A stretch of 64,000 bases of DNA from Felis catus (Eukaryota). The stretch is taken from contig NC_058383.1 of the NCBI RefSeq assembly GCF_018350175.1, positions 20,090,001-20,154,000 of the forward strand. The letters run 5' to 3'. Under the pieces are notes generated by a model that saw only the letters and a program-made list of their open reading frames with translations, did no database searches and was not told where the DNA came from. The translations under genes and the position numbers were made by a program. Below are positions 12,751 through 25,131 of the stretch, piece by piece; within the stretch, counting starts at the first letter, position 1, and each line of letters starts with the position of its first letter.

Positions 12751-13572
12751 GGGAACAGTGCCACACCCCAAGCCCACACGATCACCCTGCCTTGGCAAGG
12801 AGTTGTCCTGACTCTGCTCACACAATTCCAGTGGCATGCAACTCGTGACCTCAAACTTTCTGACTCAGGTAGCAGCAGCTAAGGCAGATGAGAACATGGG
12901 GTGTATTCTCGAAGGTCTGGCGTGCCCTCAGAGGTAGGGAGCTGAACAGAGAAGCAGTTAGACAATGCTTGCCAGAATTTGCCTCCTGTCACTTTGTATA
13001 ATTGGAAACAGAAAGTTCTCCTTCTGACGCTGCTTCTGGAAAGGTTATGATCAACACGTTTCCTGGGTCCTGTCCCAAGAATTTCTCCCGTCAGGTGCTG
13101 TTTGTACCACCTGTGTTCGATTCTTGTGAAGGATTTCACTTGGGAGCTTTTCAGCTCTCTGGCGAGGAAGGGGGGGTGCGCGTGGGACCGCATCCCCTTA
13201 GGACTTGGGCGTCGAGAAGACAGCAGGACTGTGTGGACGGGAGTGTGAGACGTTCTACTTGGTGCATCAGGAGCAGCAGATAGTGTCACTTCCTCTCCCC
13301 CCTGGGGGATGGGGCTCGGACGAGGGTGGTGTAAACGGAGGCAGGAGACTCTTACTATTGCTACTTGGCATGTCCTGGGCCTGACAGGAGCTCAAGATTT
13401 GGCCTCTGATGACAGGCCCCAGCGTGTGTGTGGTAGAGGTGTGGGCGTGGTTTCCCCACTTGCTGTAAGTTGCTTGCTTGTGCCCTTGTCACTGGGGCCA
13501 TAGCTTGTGTCTCAGGCTGGAGGGCACTTCTCCTGCTCTGTCGTCCTCTTGCCGTGTGGTTGGGAACCAGAG

Positions 13573-13576
<4 letters not shown>

Positions 13577-13612
<36 letters not shown>
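13577..13612. repeat. (TG)n microsatellite
   Basis: Direct reading. Confidence 0.97.
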
Positions 13613-13614
<2 letters not shown>

Positions 13615-14968
13615 TCCCACCTGTCCCACATGGCTGTTTGCTCTTCCTCTCCGCTGTGGGCCCCCGCTGTCAATGTCACCTGCCGCTCCTAGATCCCCAC
13701 CTCCAAAGTCTCTTCTATGAGCTCCGAAGGAGATCAGAAAACGAAGTTTGTTCGAATTCTGTGGAGCCCATGACTAAGCAGTCTTAGAGGGAACAGATGG
13801 GCTCGTGACAGCATCTGGCTGCCGGAGGGCCCTTCTTCCCTGTCTGTAGGTCAGCTGAGCCCAGGTAGGTGATGGGTGACAGTGACCCGTCTTTGCAGAC
13901 GAACCTTATCCTATAACAGATTGTGTAAAGTTCGGTCCCGGGAAGAGCAGTAGTTGCCTCACCAGTGTCTCTGACCCTTTACAGAAAGGATCAGTTCAGC
14001 CTCTTTCAAGTGGGATCTTCCCTCAGGTACTTGAGGACTCACTCATGCAGAAACCGGAGGCAGAAATACCTAAAAATAGTACGCTGTATGCCCCTGGCTC
14101 AGACACTGCTCGGAGAGGGAGAGAAACAGCCCAACCAGATCGTTAAATCCAGAAGATTCTTTAGGGTTGACAGAGTCAACATTGCAACATAGGATTTGCT
14201 CCTAGGATCCCCGGAAAAACACATGACACCTAGTCCCTTGTTTCAAGAACTTCCGCAATCCGTAGGATTGTTGGCGTCAGCGGTCTAGTCAACCCCCTGC
14301 CGCTAAGATAGGGTCCTCACGCTTGACGACTACTGCGTGAGGCTGGCTCAGGAGCAGCTCCGAGACCCGGATGTGATTGCACATAGGTGTGCCGGGGAGC
14401 AGACTCTAGGAGGCAGGCCCCACGTGCCTGCACAAGAAGGGCGAGCAGTGATGCACATGCCTGCGTGGCAGTGTCGAGTGGGGTCCCGTGGGCCTGCTCA
14501 AAGGTGGCGACTGGAGCGGGTGGTGAGGGGATGGAGGTGGAAGCCTTCAGAACCTTCTACAGTTATTTAGTAATTTTTAAGAGGCAGTCAAGAGCAAGTC
14601 CTCCTGTGCTGGCGTTCACACACGGTACCAGTTTCCCCAGTATCCCTTCCCTTAACCCTGTGGGTTGGGACTCAGTGAGAGCCTTACCCTCCTGTCTTAC
14701 ATGTCTGAAGTCGTTAAAGATTCATCTGAGGATGCTCGCGGCCCTCGTACCCGAAGTAGAGCCTAGCCATCGAATCCTTAGTTATTAGCAGGGGTCACTT
14801 CTGATATGGGTGCTGTCGCTGTGGGGCTGATATCCCCTGTTCTGGGGGCAGCCCTGGGCTCCTACCAGCCCTTGGTGCCAAAGTCTCTAACAGGGAGCCT
14901 GTGGCTTCATATTTAGCCTACAGACAGTTTTGTTTGGTCTACAAAGTGTCTTAAAATACGTGAAACCA

Positions 14969-16702
14969 CTTTCTGCAGATGACATGATATCATACATGGA
15001 AAACCCGATAGACTCCACCAAAAGTCTGCTAGAACTGACACATGAATCCTGCAAAGTCGCAGGATACAAAATCAATGTACAGAAATCAGTTGCATTCCTA
15101 TACACTAATAATGAAGCAACAGAAAGACAAATAATGAAACTGATCCCCTTCACAATTGCACCAAGAAGCATAAAATACCTAGCAATAAATCTAACCAAAG
15201 GTGTAAAAGATCTGTATGCTGAAAAGTATGGAAAGCTTATGAAGGAAATTGAAGAAGATATAAAGAAATGGAAAAACATTCCGGGCTCATGGGTTGGAAG
15301 AATAAATATTGTTAAAATGTCAATACTGCCCAAAGCTATCTACACATTCAATGCAATCCCAATCAAAATTGCACCAGCATTCTTCTCAAAGCTAGAACAA
15401 GCAATCCTGAAATTCATATGGAACCACAAAAGGCCCCGAATAGCCAAAGTAATTCTGAAGAGGAAGACCAAAGCAGGAGGCATCACAATCCCAGACTTTA
15501 GCCTCTACTACAAAGCTGTAATCATCAAGATAGCATGGTATTGGCACAAAAACAGACACATAGACCAATGGAATAGAATAGATACCCCAGAACTAGACCC
15601 ACAAAAGTATGGCCAACTCATCTTTGACAAAGCAGGAAAGAATATCCAATGGGAAAAAGACAGTCTCTTTAACAAATGGTGCTGGGAGAACTGGACAGCA
15701 ACGTGCAGAAGAATGAAACTAGACCGCTTTCTTACAGCATTCACAAAAATAAACTCAAAATGGATAAAGGACCTGAATGTGAGACAGGAAACCATCAAAA
15801 CCCTAGAGGAGAAAGCAGGAAAAGACCTCTCTGACCTCAGCCGTAGCAATTTATTACTCGACATATCCCCAAAGGCAAGGGAATTAAAAGCAAAAATGAA
15901 CTATTGGGACCTCATGAAGATAAAAAGCTTCTGCACTGCAAAGGAAACAACCAACAAAACTAAAAGGCAACCAACGGAATGGGAAAAGATATTTGCAAAT
16001 GACATATCAGACAAAGGGCTAGTATCCAAAATCTATAAAGAGCTCACCAAACTCCACACCCAAAAAACAAATAATCCAGTGAAGAAATGGGCAGAAGACA
16101 TGAATAGACACTTCTCTAAAGAAGACATCCAGATGGCCAACAGGCACGTGAAAAGATGCTCAGCGTCGCTCCTCATCAGGGAAATACAAATCAAAACGAC
16201 ACTCAGATATCACCTCACGCCAGTCAGAGTGGCCAAAATGAACAAATCAGGAGACTATAGATGCTGGAGAGGATGTGGAGAAACGGGAACCCTCTTGCAC
16301 TGTTGGTGGGAATGCAGACTGGTGCAGCCACTCTGGAAAGCAGTGTGGAGGTTCCTCAAAAAATTAAAAATAGATCTACCCTATGACCCCGAAATAGCAC
16401 TGCTAGGAATTGACCCAAGGGATACAAGAGTACTGATGCATAGGGGCACTTGTACCCCAATGTTTATAGCAGCATTCTCAACAATAGCCAAGTTGTGGAA
16501 AGAGCCTAAATGTCCATCAACTGATGAATGGATAAAGAAATTGTGGTTTATATACACAATGGAGTACTACATGGCAATGAGAAAGAATGAAATATGGCCC
16601 TTTGTAGCAACGTGGATGGAACTGGAGAATGTGATGCTAAGTGAAATAAGCCATACGGAGAAAGACAGATACCATATGTTTTCACTCTTATGTGGATCCT
16701 GA
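14969..16702 (+). pseudogene. LINE-1 ORF2 C-terminal half (distal RT domain and Cys-rich CCHC domain), frame intact but lacking endonuclease and N-terminal RT
   Basis: Translation LSADDM...[14 protein letters not shown]...[15 protein letters not shown]...[18 protein letters not shown]...[10 protein letters not shown]; first in-frame ATG at 14984 gives 572 aa. Confidence 0.95.
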
Positions 16703-16960
16703 GAAACTTAACAGAAACCCATGGGGGAGGGGAAGGGAAAAAAAAAGAGGTTAGAGTGGGAGAGAGACAAAGCATAAGAGACTCTTAAAAACTGAGAACA
16801 AACTGAGGGTTGATTGGGGGTGGGAGGGAGGGTAGGGTAGGTGATGGGTATTGAAGAGGACACCTTTTGGGATGAGCACTGGGTGTTGTATGGAAACCAA
16901 TTTGACAATAAATTTCATATATTAAAATAAATAAATAAGTAAATAAGTAAATAAATAAAT
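14969..16960 (+). mobile_element. Young 5'-truncated feline LINE-1 (~2 kb)
   Basis: TT/AAAA endonuclease site at 14951-14956; 16-bp TSD AAAATAC(G/A)TGAAACCA at 14953-14968 and 16961-16976; G-rich 3' UTR, AATAAA and (TAAA)n tail. Confidence 0.97.
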
Positions 16961-18489
16961 AAAATACATGAAACCAGTTGTCAGCATTTCAAATGTGTGG
17001 GGTATTCATACAAACTCTGGATTTCTGGCTTCTCTTGAAAACCCGGAAGACCTGGGAAGGTTGGAGTCCTAGTCCCATGTGCCAACAGTGGGCTGGTGCT
17101 GAGTAGCAGCTGGTCCCTTATTGGGGACACGGACTTCCCAGGTCACCAGTTTCCGCTGGGCTCCCTGACTCACTGACAATCCTTCCCTGTCCTCCATGGG
17201 CACTGGTGTTTACCACCCTTGCCCTGCCTTCCTCGACCCCTGCTCTGCCACCTTGACCTTATTTTTCTGCCCGTTTCTTTGCTTGTCTGCCGGACTGCAA
17301 TGCTACCCTGTTCGTTCATCCCTCTGACTTTGGTTCTGCTATTTGGATTCTCTCTGGGTTTTACCAGCCTCTTCCACCCAGGATGTAGGACTCTGTTTCC
17401 TGTTCTGTTTACCATTTACCAAAGTTGTGCCATGAATGAACAGGAATTACGATCTTCTCCCCCACACCAGACTTTAGGTGCCACTTGCCACCCGGGATCC
17501 TGCTGCCTTTATCCACTAATGACCATGGACATTCTTGGATTTGATGCTTGGCTGGACTAAATTCCCCGACAGTAGGGAACTTTGGTCTGTGTATGTTTGT
17601 ACCACGGTCAATGTCCTTGGGAGAAGCACTAGGGTTTTACTTATCTCTGCAACTCCCCAACCCATCCACCTTGGGCTTCTCCACTTCCCACCAACCCATG
17701 CTGCTGAAATCCCAGCATGCTTTGCACTTGGATCCATTCAGGTTATTAACATGAAATATATCATAATTGTCACCCTCACTCTGAGAAGGTGCAAACCATG
17801 CAATTCGAATTCTCTTTTCTGGTCTGAACCCAGCTCATTAGATCTGCTTCGAATCTGCTGTTAGAAAAGAAGACAGTGCCAACCTAGCAAGTGGACGTAA
17901 TTTTTCTACAGTTTTTGTCATAGATATAGTTTTGTTTTGTTTTGTTTTTGGTTCTCTGTGCTTTTTTTTTTTTTTTTTTTTTTTTTAAGAAGGATGTGGT
18001 ATTAGAAGGAGAAGCGCCAGGTGATTTGGAACTTTGAGTGCCATCAACAGATGGTTTCATTGACCAACACTTTTGAGGTGGGAAGGAATGAAGGCAGAGA
18101 AAGTGATTTCCAAGAGCTTGATTCACTTTGCATCTCTCCTTGGACAATGCAAACTGCACATGATCAAGCTGCTTTTAGATGGAAAATGACTGATACAAGG
18201 ACAGAAACAGATGAGTCACTTATTTTTGCAGGTTATTAACTGGATAGGGTTTGTTAGAATTACCGTGTCACAGAATTTGAAAATTAACTGTGACCCAACC
18301 CTGCCTTTTCCGAAGAAAAAACAAAGCACAACATTCATTCATTCTTTGATTAATTAAACCAGTCCCGGCATTCACTGACACCCATCCACTGACACCCAGC
18401 ATTCCTGGCTGGCGGGGACAGATTCCACAGAGATGGCAGTTACAGACTCCACCGAGACCCAATTTTTCAAGTTGGGAGACTGAACAGCA

Positions 18490-18710
18490 GGTGGGGTTGT
18501 GGTCAATACCTGCCTGGATTTGCGGCCAGATCTGCCCGACTCAGACCCTAGTCCTACTTCTTCCCTGGCTCCTGACTTTGAGCAACTGATTCAAGCTCTC
18601 TAATCTAGGATGGACATAATAACGCCTTCCTTTGAGGAAATGCCATGAGTATTAAGGATGATTTGGGTAAACTGCTTGCCATATAGGAAGCTCAGGGACT
18701 GTAGTTAATA
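18490..18710 (+). mobile_element. MIR SINE (degraded)
   Basis: CTGACTTTGAGCAACTGATTCAAGCTCTCT...ATAATAACGCCT...GAGTATTAAG. Confidence 0.55.
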
Positions 18711-18844
18711 TCTAAGTAAATAATTTCAATGAAAAGAGATGTGTGCTGGGAGTATAATGGAGGGACACCCAACTCATGCCAGGCAGCCTGGGAAGGCTTC
18801 CAGGAAGAGGGGATAAGAAGGCGTTACAACAGAGCTGGCAGCGT

Positions 18845-18845
<1 letters not shown>

Positions 18846-18882
<37 letters not shown>
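18846..18882. repeat. (TG)n microsatellite
   Basis: Direct reading. Confidence 0.97.
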
Positions 18883-18886
<4 letters not shown>

Positions 18887-19467
18887 TGTATTTGGTGAAG
18901 AATATGATCTATAAAGGAGTAAGGGAGGGATAGAGGTGAGGGAGCAAAAGGCAAAGTGATGGCGGAGTCAGGACAGCATAGGGGAGAAAAAGGGAAGATT
19001 TCAGGGAGGAGGGCACCCATTTCTTGATCTGGGTCCAGATCACTGGTGGATGTTATTGCTATCCATATGACAACAACTGCAGGGGAAGAAAGGGTGGAGG
19101 GGAAGGTGAGGGTCAGCAGTTGGGTGGGCTTTGTGTGTTGGTGGGCCTTCCGGGGGAGATGTCTCATAGGCGTGACGTTTGGACAGAGATGAAACCTAAG
19201 GAGATGAGATAGAGAGTTCTCAACACATGGATGATAGCTGAGGAAAGGGGTGAGGACAGAAGCTCACTGAAGAAGGGGAAGAGTGGGGACAAAGGAGGAC
19301 CTGGGGTAGAACCCCAAGGAGCAATGCGTTTAGGGGCTCAGCAAAGGAGGAGGGGCCAAAGGAGAACGAGGAGGTGATGCTCAAACCAGAGGTTAATTCA
19401 TTGATCCATGATATTGAGGAGTTGGGCAATTGTCAGGCTATAGAAATGGCTGGAACAAAATCTCAGA

Positions 19468-19531
19468 TGATGATATGATATGATATGATATGATATGATA
19501 TGATATGATACGATGCTATGATGATATGATT
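19468..19531. repeat. (ATATG)n pentanucleotide microsatellite
   Basis: GATATGATATGATATG... about 8 perfect units plus a degenerate end. Confidence 0.95.
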
Positions 19532-19589
19532 AATTTTCTCTTTCTCTTTCCTCTTCTTCTCCTCCTCCTTCTTTTTTTCCTTCCTTGTG

Positions 19590-19900
19590 CTGATTACACA
19601 CTTGGGCAAGTTTTATCCTTGGGGTAGGAAGATGGCTTTAGTCAGCTCCAGGTTTGCATGGTTCCCAGCTCCATCCCAGCAGACAAGAGTAGGATCCATT
19701 TACCCCATCAACAGTCCCATGCTGACTCCTGGGTCTCTCACAGCTGGCTGAGAACTTGGACCTTATACCCGCCGTGGACCGTAGGAATGAGTGCAACACC
19801 ATCCAAGCCAACAGACTGAAAATGAATGAGGGATAATTCATTCATTAAAAAAAAAAAGTGAGAGGAAAAAGATGTTGTCCAGGCAAAAACCCAAGGTGTC
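19590..19900 (-). mobile_element. MLT1 (J/I-like) LTR fragment
   Basis: AAGATGGCT...CAGCTCCAGGTTTGCATG...GGAATG pattern. Confidence 0.45.
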
Positions 19901-20325
19901 TTCTGGAAGAGCAGGAAAGAGAAAGTCTTAAAATGAAAAATTGGCTAGATTTAGCATTATGAAAACCTGACCCTATTCATCCTTTGTTTTGTCTTCTTGC
20001 TCCAGCCCACAAACAACTTTGTCACGGACAAAGTCTGTGTTGGTGGGGGTTTGGAGACCAAAGGGTAAGGCGAGGACCCTGGCTTCTTCCAAGAGAACGT
20101 GCTCGTCACTTTTCTATTTTCATAAAGGGAGAGGAAAAAAATCTCCGAGTCCCCCTACTGTGGCAGAGCAAACATAACGGTGGCTCATGTTTCACAATTT
20201 GTGGAGCCGACTTCACATACTCTCGACAGTTCTATCATGTTTTAGATGCTGCGAAATATTTGTTTTCCTCTGTGAAGCTGGCGTGGCGAAAATCCACTTG
20301 CTTCTTGATTACTGATACTCTGTGC

Positions 20326-20538
20326 TAGGGTTTCTCAACCTCAGCCCTGTTGATATTTGGAGCAAGACGATTCTTTGTGGTGGGGCTGTCCTGTGCACTA
20401 TAGGATGTTAGGGAGCAGCCCTGGTCTCTACCCACTAGATGCCATTACCAAGCTCCCAGCTTTGACTACCAGACACGTCTCCAGGCATTGCCAAGTGTCC
20501 CCTGGGGGCCCAAATAGCCCCCGGTTGAAAACGATTGC
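20326..20538 (+). mobile_element. MER20 hAT-Charlie fossil
   Basis: TTTCTCAACCTCAGC...GATTCTTTGTGGTGGGGCTGTCCTGTGCACTATAGGATGTT...CTCTACCCACTAGATGCC...GTCCCCTGGGGGC...GGTTGAAAAC. Confidence 0.9.
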
Positions 20539-20744
20539 TTTATACCTTGTTTTCTAGTCATGAAATGTGCTAGGAAGGCAGTGGCGATACGGAGGGCCAG
20601 GGAATCAGAATAAAGCACAAAAGGATAACTCTTGCCCCTTTGCGTAAGTTGACCTTGATGGAGCTGCACCCTGAGGACCGTCTGCCATAGCCTCTGACAT
20701 TTCTCTCTCTTAGATCTCAGGAGAAGGAAGACACAGAACCTCAC

Positions 20745-21165
20745 CCAGCAGCAGCATTATTAAAATTTAGGTCTAAAATGAGCTGCTTCTAATATAACAG
20801 GAGCTCTTCACTCATTGAATGGAAGAAATCTGCTGCCTATAAATAGCACAAGTGGCAGCCAAACCCTCTGAAAAACACTCAACATGCCAGTGTCAGAGGA
20901 AGATGTGTCCAATGCTTTAGACGCTGAAAATAAATACCACGAGTCGAAAATAAATGGCATTATTAGCATAAAGGGAGTTCCTAATTAACCAGCAATCGTC
21001 CATTACTGCAGCCTTCAATTCATTAAATTGCATAATTACATAAAAACTCAGTTGACACTTGATTCAGTCAGTGTATCTGGTATTGTCTCCTCAATAATTA
21101 GTCCTATAATTGTCAGTTTGACAGGGCAATTAAAAATGTTTGAAGACATTGTGTCAGCTTCCCCA
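20745..21165. promoter_or_regulatory. Candidate conserved non-coding enhancer
   Basis: Unique AT-rich block with perfect MEF2 CTATAAATAG (20837-20846), many TAAT/ATTA cores and an inverted TGTCAG/TGACAG pair (21111-21124); conservation not tested. Confidence 0.5.
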
Positions 21166-22129
21166 TGCGAGGCTGCACTCCATAGGACGCGTCTAGGAGA
21201 AACCTTCCATCTGGGCAGCTTGATGGCTCTGGCTCCTGGGATGAAGAGAAGGAAGCGTAAATGTTGGAAGGGTCAGAAATGAATGATCTGTGGCTTTCTG
21301 GGGGACTTTCTTCTATCTGGGAGAACTGAGTGTCTCTGAGTGGTCCCCACTTTAACTGCTGGGTGGTGGAAGAGGTGAAGGAAGCCAGTAGTAGGGGTTG
21401 TATGTGAATGGGTGGGGAGAAATCTGATTCTGGGTTTGACTGTGTAGACATCAATATTCAGAGTGTTGGTTCTTAGGAATGAGGACCACAGTCTAAGATA
21501 TTCAATGTCAGGCTGGCTGACAGCATCCTGGCCTGGAGTTTCAGTCTGATTCAAATCAGGAGATCTGTTGGTACATGGCAACATGGGAATGCCATCCCAC
21601 ATAGGAAGGAGATGGTCAGCCAGTTGGTATGGGCTCAGGATCCCCAGGTTTATATATTTGTGTGGGTGAGGGAGCCAATGGTTCACCAAGTTCTTGGTGC
21701 TGAGGACACACCTCAGGCACAAAGACATCAGATCTATGACCACAAAACTGATTATAGTCCCTACCTCACTGGTAAAGCTGTCTCGGTGGCCCCTCCAATG
21801 GTCCCAATTGGCTCAGGAACTAGGGGTGATAGTTCCCCAGGCCCTCCTGCTGAGTGGGGTTGGGGAACACCCAGGTCATTTGGATGGGTTGGACTCTACA
21901 TGGTTAACACTTAATTATTCTGGTCTGCACAGAACTGAGAAAGCCCATTAGTTCAACTAAGGCCATTCCAGGGTTACGGTAGAGTAGAACACAGTTACCG
22001 CAGAGACTGCTCTCGCCCTAGGGCTTCTTAGGCAGAGGCATGCATAAGACCTCATCCCAGATCTAGTGAATCAGCATAGGAGCACACACAGACAATACTT
22101 GAAAGTTTTAAGTTTAAAAGGAAAAACTA

Positions 22130-22349
22130 GGGGCGCCTGGGTGGCGCAGTCGGTTAAGCGTCCGACTTCGGCCAGGTCACGATCTCACGGTCCGTGAGTT
22201 CAAGCCCCGCGTCGGGCTCTGGGCTGATGGCTCAGAGCCTGGAGCCTATTTCCGATTCTGTGTCTCCCTCTCTCTCTGCCCCTCCCCCGTTCATGCTCTG
22301 TCTCTCTGTCCCAAAAATAAATAAACGTTGAAAAAAAATTTAAAAAAAA
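22130..22349 (+). mobile_element. Young feline CanSINE (SINEC_Fc-like)
   Basis: A box TGGCGCAGTCGG, B box GAGTTCAAGCCC, CpGs retained; TSD AAAAGGAAAAACTA at 22116-22129 and 22350-22363. Confidence 0.97.
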
Positions 22350-22529
22350 AAAAGGAAAAACTATTAAGATTTGTTAGTATTCAGAGCCTCCTCTCTGCCC
22401 CACTATGTGTTCTGACATTAATCACTTCTCATGCTTTCTCAGCCTCCAGTTCCCTCAGAAGGTGGGTCTGGGCCCTTTTGTGTAAGTCAGGGTAGTTATG
22501 AAAGAGTGAGGAATTTCTGATGTAATTTT

Positions 22530-22575
22530 CTATCATCTATCTATCTATCTATCTATCTATCGTCTCTATCTATCG

Positions 22576-22607
<32 letters not shown>

Positions 22608-22678
22608 CATCTATCTATCGTCTATATCTATCTATCTATCTATCTATCTATCATCTATCTATCTATCATCTATCATCT
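22530..22678. repeat. Compound (CTAT)n tetranucleotide microsatellite
   Basis: Direct reading. Confidence 0.97.
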
Positions 22679-22765
22679 GTTTATATGTAAGACATAGACC
22701 CACATCTATGCGAGAGGGAGAAAAGACAGGAGTCTATGGGGATAGTTTATGGAGTGAAGGGGATT

Positions 22766-22974
22766 TAAAAATTTTTGTAATGTTTACATATTTTTGAGAC
22801 AGAGAGAGAAAGAGAGAAGGAGGGGTAGAGTGAGAGGGAGACACAGAATCTGAAGTAGGCTCTAGGCTCTAGCTTTCAGCATAGAGCCTGATAGAGGGCT
22901 CCCATCCATGAACTGGGAGATCATGACCTAAGCTGAAGTCAAATGGTTAACTGACTGAGCCACCCAGGAGCCCC
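22766..22974 (-). mobile_element. Older CanSINE (SINEC)
   Basis: CpG-decayed copy ending GACTGAGCCACCCAGGAGCCCC. Confidence 0.92.
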
Positions 22975-23159
22975 TGGAATTAAAGGGATTTTTTTTGATA
23001 GAAATCATCTTTATCTCACATTTTGGTGAAGGGTTGTGTTTCTTTGAGGGGATAAGTACACTGGTTCTACGGGTCATACTGGGTTTTGACCTTGGACAAG
23101 TTCTTGAATCACTCAATGTCATAGTTTTATGGTTTGTTCATTGTAAATGTGGAACCTAT

Positions 23160-23850
23160 TTATTCTTTCCACAAATGATTATTGAATATCTTTATGTGCC
23201 AGACACCGTTTTAGGTGCTTAGGATACATCACCGAATAAAGCAAAACCAAATGTCTATTCTCTTGTAAATGACATACAGGTATAGGGAAATAGATAATGA
23301 ATAACAAATACAATAAATATGTGAATTAAGTGCTATGACAAAGTAGAGCAAAGTAAAGGATATGAGGAAGATTGGTGTGTGTGGGGGGGATTGAATTTTT
23401 AAATATCAGAATATTTAATTAAATACGTTTAAAAAAAACGAGAGTGATTGGAATAGGCCTCCTTTAGAAGATGACACCTGAGCAAATAAATTGGAAGGGG
23501 AAGTGAATTAGCCATGCAGTTATCTGGATGGGGATGTCATCCAGAAAGCCAGATAGCCCTAGGATGGGAGCACATTCAGGAAACAATGAAGAAGCCAGTG
23601 TGGCCGAAGGGGGACATTAAAAGGTGAGGTTGGAAAGGTTTTAAAGAATTTGATCATATGGGAACTTGTAGACCAGAGTAGAGAATTTGGCTTTTGTGCT
23701 GATCACAATCAAGGAGCTCTTGGAAGAGTTTGAACACAGACGGGACATGCTATAACTTGCATTCTAAATGGATCCCTCTGAGAGATGCATTGTCAGAAAG
23801 TTAGGAGGGCATGAGTGAAATTGGGGAGATGAAAGGTGGCTCGGACCAGA
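23160..23850 (-). mobile_element. L2 LINE 3' fragment
   Basis: CAAATGATTATTGAATATCTTTATGTGCCAGACACCGTTTTAGGTGCT...GAAGAAGCCAGTGTGGCC. Confidence 0.8.
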
Positions 23851-25131
23851 TTTAACAACAAAACCTATCTCAGAGGGTTGCTGTAAGGCTTAAGTGAGGT
23901 AATGTAGGAATAAAAGCTGAATACTGCCTTGCCTAATGTATGCATACAAAACAATGGAAACACATTATTACCTAAATGTGATCTCATGTCAAGATGGAGC
24001 CATAAGGAGCCCTAGAACTTATTCTGATTTTAACTCCTTCTTTGGAGTTCTGGAAAAGTTTTCCAGATGGTTCTACTCCACATCTCGAGGTAATGCTAAT
24101 GGTCTCATACGTTTGTACAAATTACGCTCAGTAACGTATCCACACAAGTTCTCCAAGAGAGGGTTATACAATGTTTTTGAAACAATAGGATGGACCAAAT
24201 ACAATAGGATCTTAGCAATGTAAAATACATTCAATATTCCTTCATTAAAGCTGACACTATACCATATATGTCTTCCTTTTTCCAAACAGTTGCATTTCCA
24301 GAGAAGCACCAGAGATGCAAATAATATACAAAGTCAATTCTCCTACCACATAAACTTATTCTGCTTCGTCAGGGCTAGATGCCTCACTCTGGTATCTTGT
24401 AAGATTCTGATTGCCATATTAGGCCATTGGAATCTTACTACTTCCCCTTTGAACTAATATTATTCCTCTAGCCTCTTAAAGTTAGATACTTCAAAACCCA
24501 TTTCTCTCATATATCCCATCTTTACAAAGTTTTGGAACTACCAGGATCATATGGCGAACACACATTTCCTTGTGCAATAGCATCTTACCCCTCCTCCTTC
24601 TCCTCCTCCAAAAAAATAAGAGAGATTTCCAGACATGCTACAAATGCTTCTTACAATTTCCATCTGATTGCTGTTAACAGCCATAGACTATAAAAAAATC
24701 TCATTTTTATTTAAGGGCAGCAAGCAGGTAGGGAAAGCAGAGCAAATAAAAGAAAATGATATTTCAGTTTCACTACATTTGGGTCAATTGTTCAGAGTCA
24801 TTGGAGTCTTATGAACTTAAAACCCAAGTAAACATCTCCAATCAAAAAATTGATTGTGACATCATGCTTCTCAAATCCCGGAGAAAAATTTTACCACCCC
24901 TCTGCCTTTTCTACTGAAATGTGTGAAATGCATACCTCTAAATATGAAATTAAATAATCCATGTAAGGATTTACAAGAGCACCTGGGACCTAGTTAGTGC
25001 CCAGTAAACATTAATCATAGTTAGTTATTTTTCTAGCCAAGTTTGGAAATGTGCAATAGGGATGCCTCTAATTTGACATCTTTCTTTTGGTAACTATTTC
25101 TCATAATGAATGTTTACATATTTAAAATGCC

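Larger units (their letters stand above)
14890..17190 (+). mobile_element. MER102-like hAT-Charlie fossil split by the young L1
   Basis: Left half CAGACAGTTTTGTTTGGTCTACAAAGTGTC; right half CTGGATTTCTGGCTTCTCTTGAAAA...GCTGAGTAGCAGCTG continues the recalled MER102 consensus. Confidence 0.7.

Noticed and set aside
14070..14079. Isolated perfect MEF2 site CTAAAAATAG
   Set aside because: Single motif with no supporting cluster; plausible by chance in 64 kb
14887..16908. Minus-strand ORFs over the young L1
   Set aside because: Antisense shadows of L1 ORF2 and 3' UTR
21440..21960. Unassigned unique block with several ~85-156-aa ORFs
   Set aside because: No recognisable protein motif or exon structure; cannot support a gene or pseudogene call
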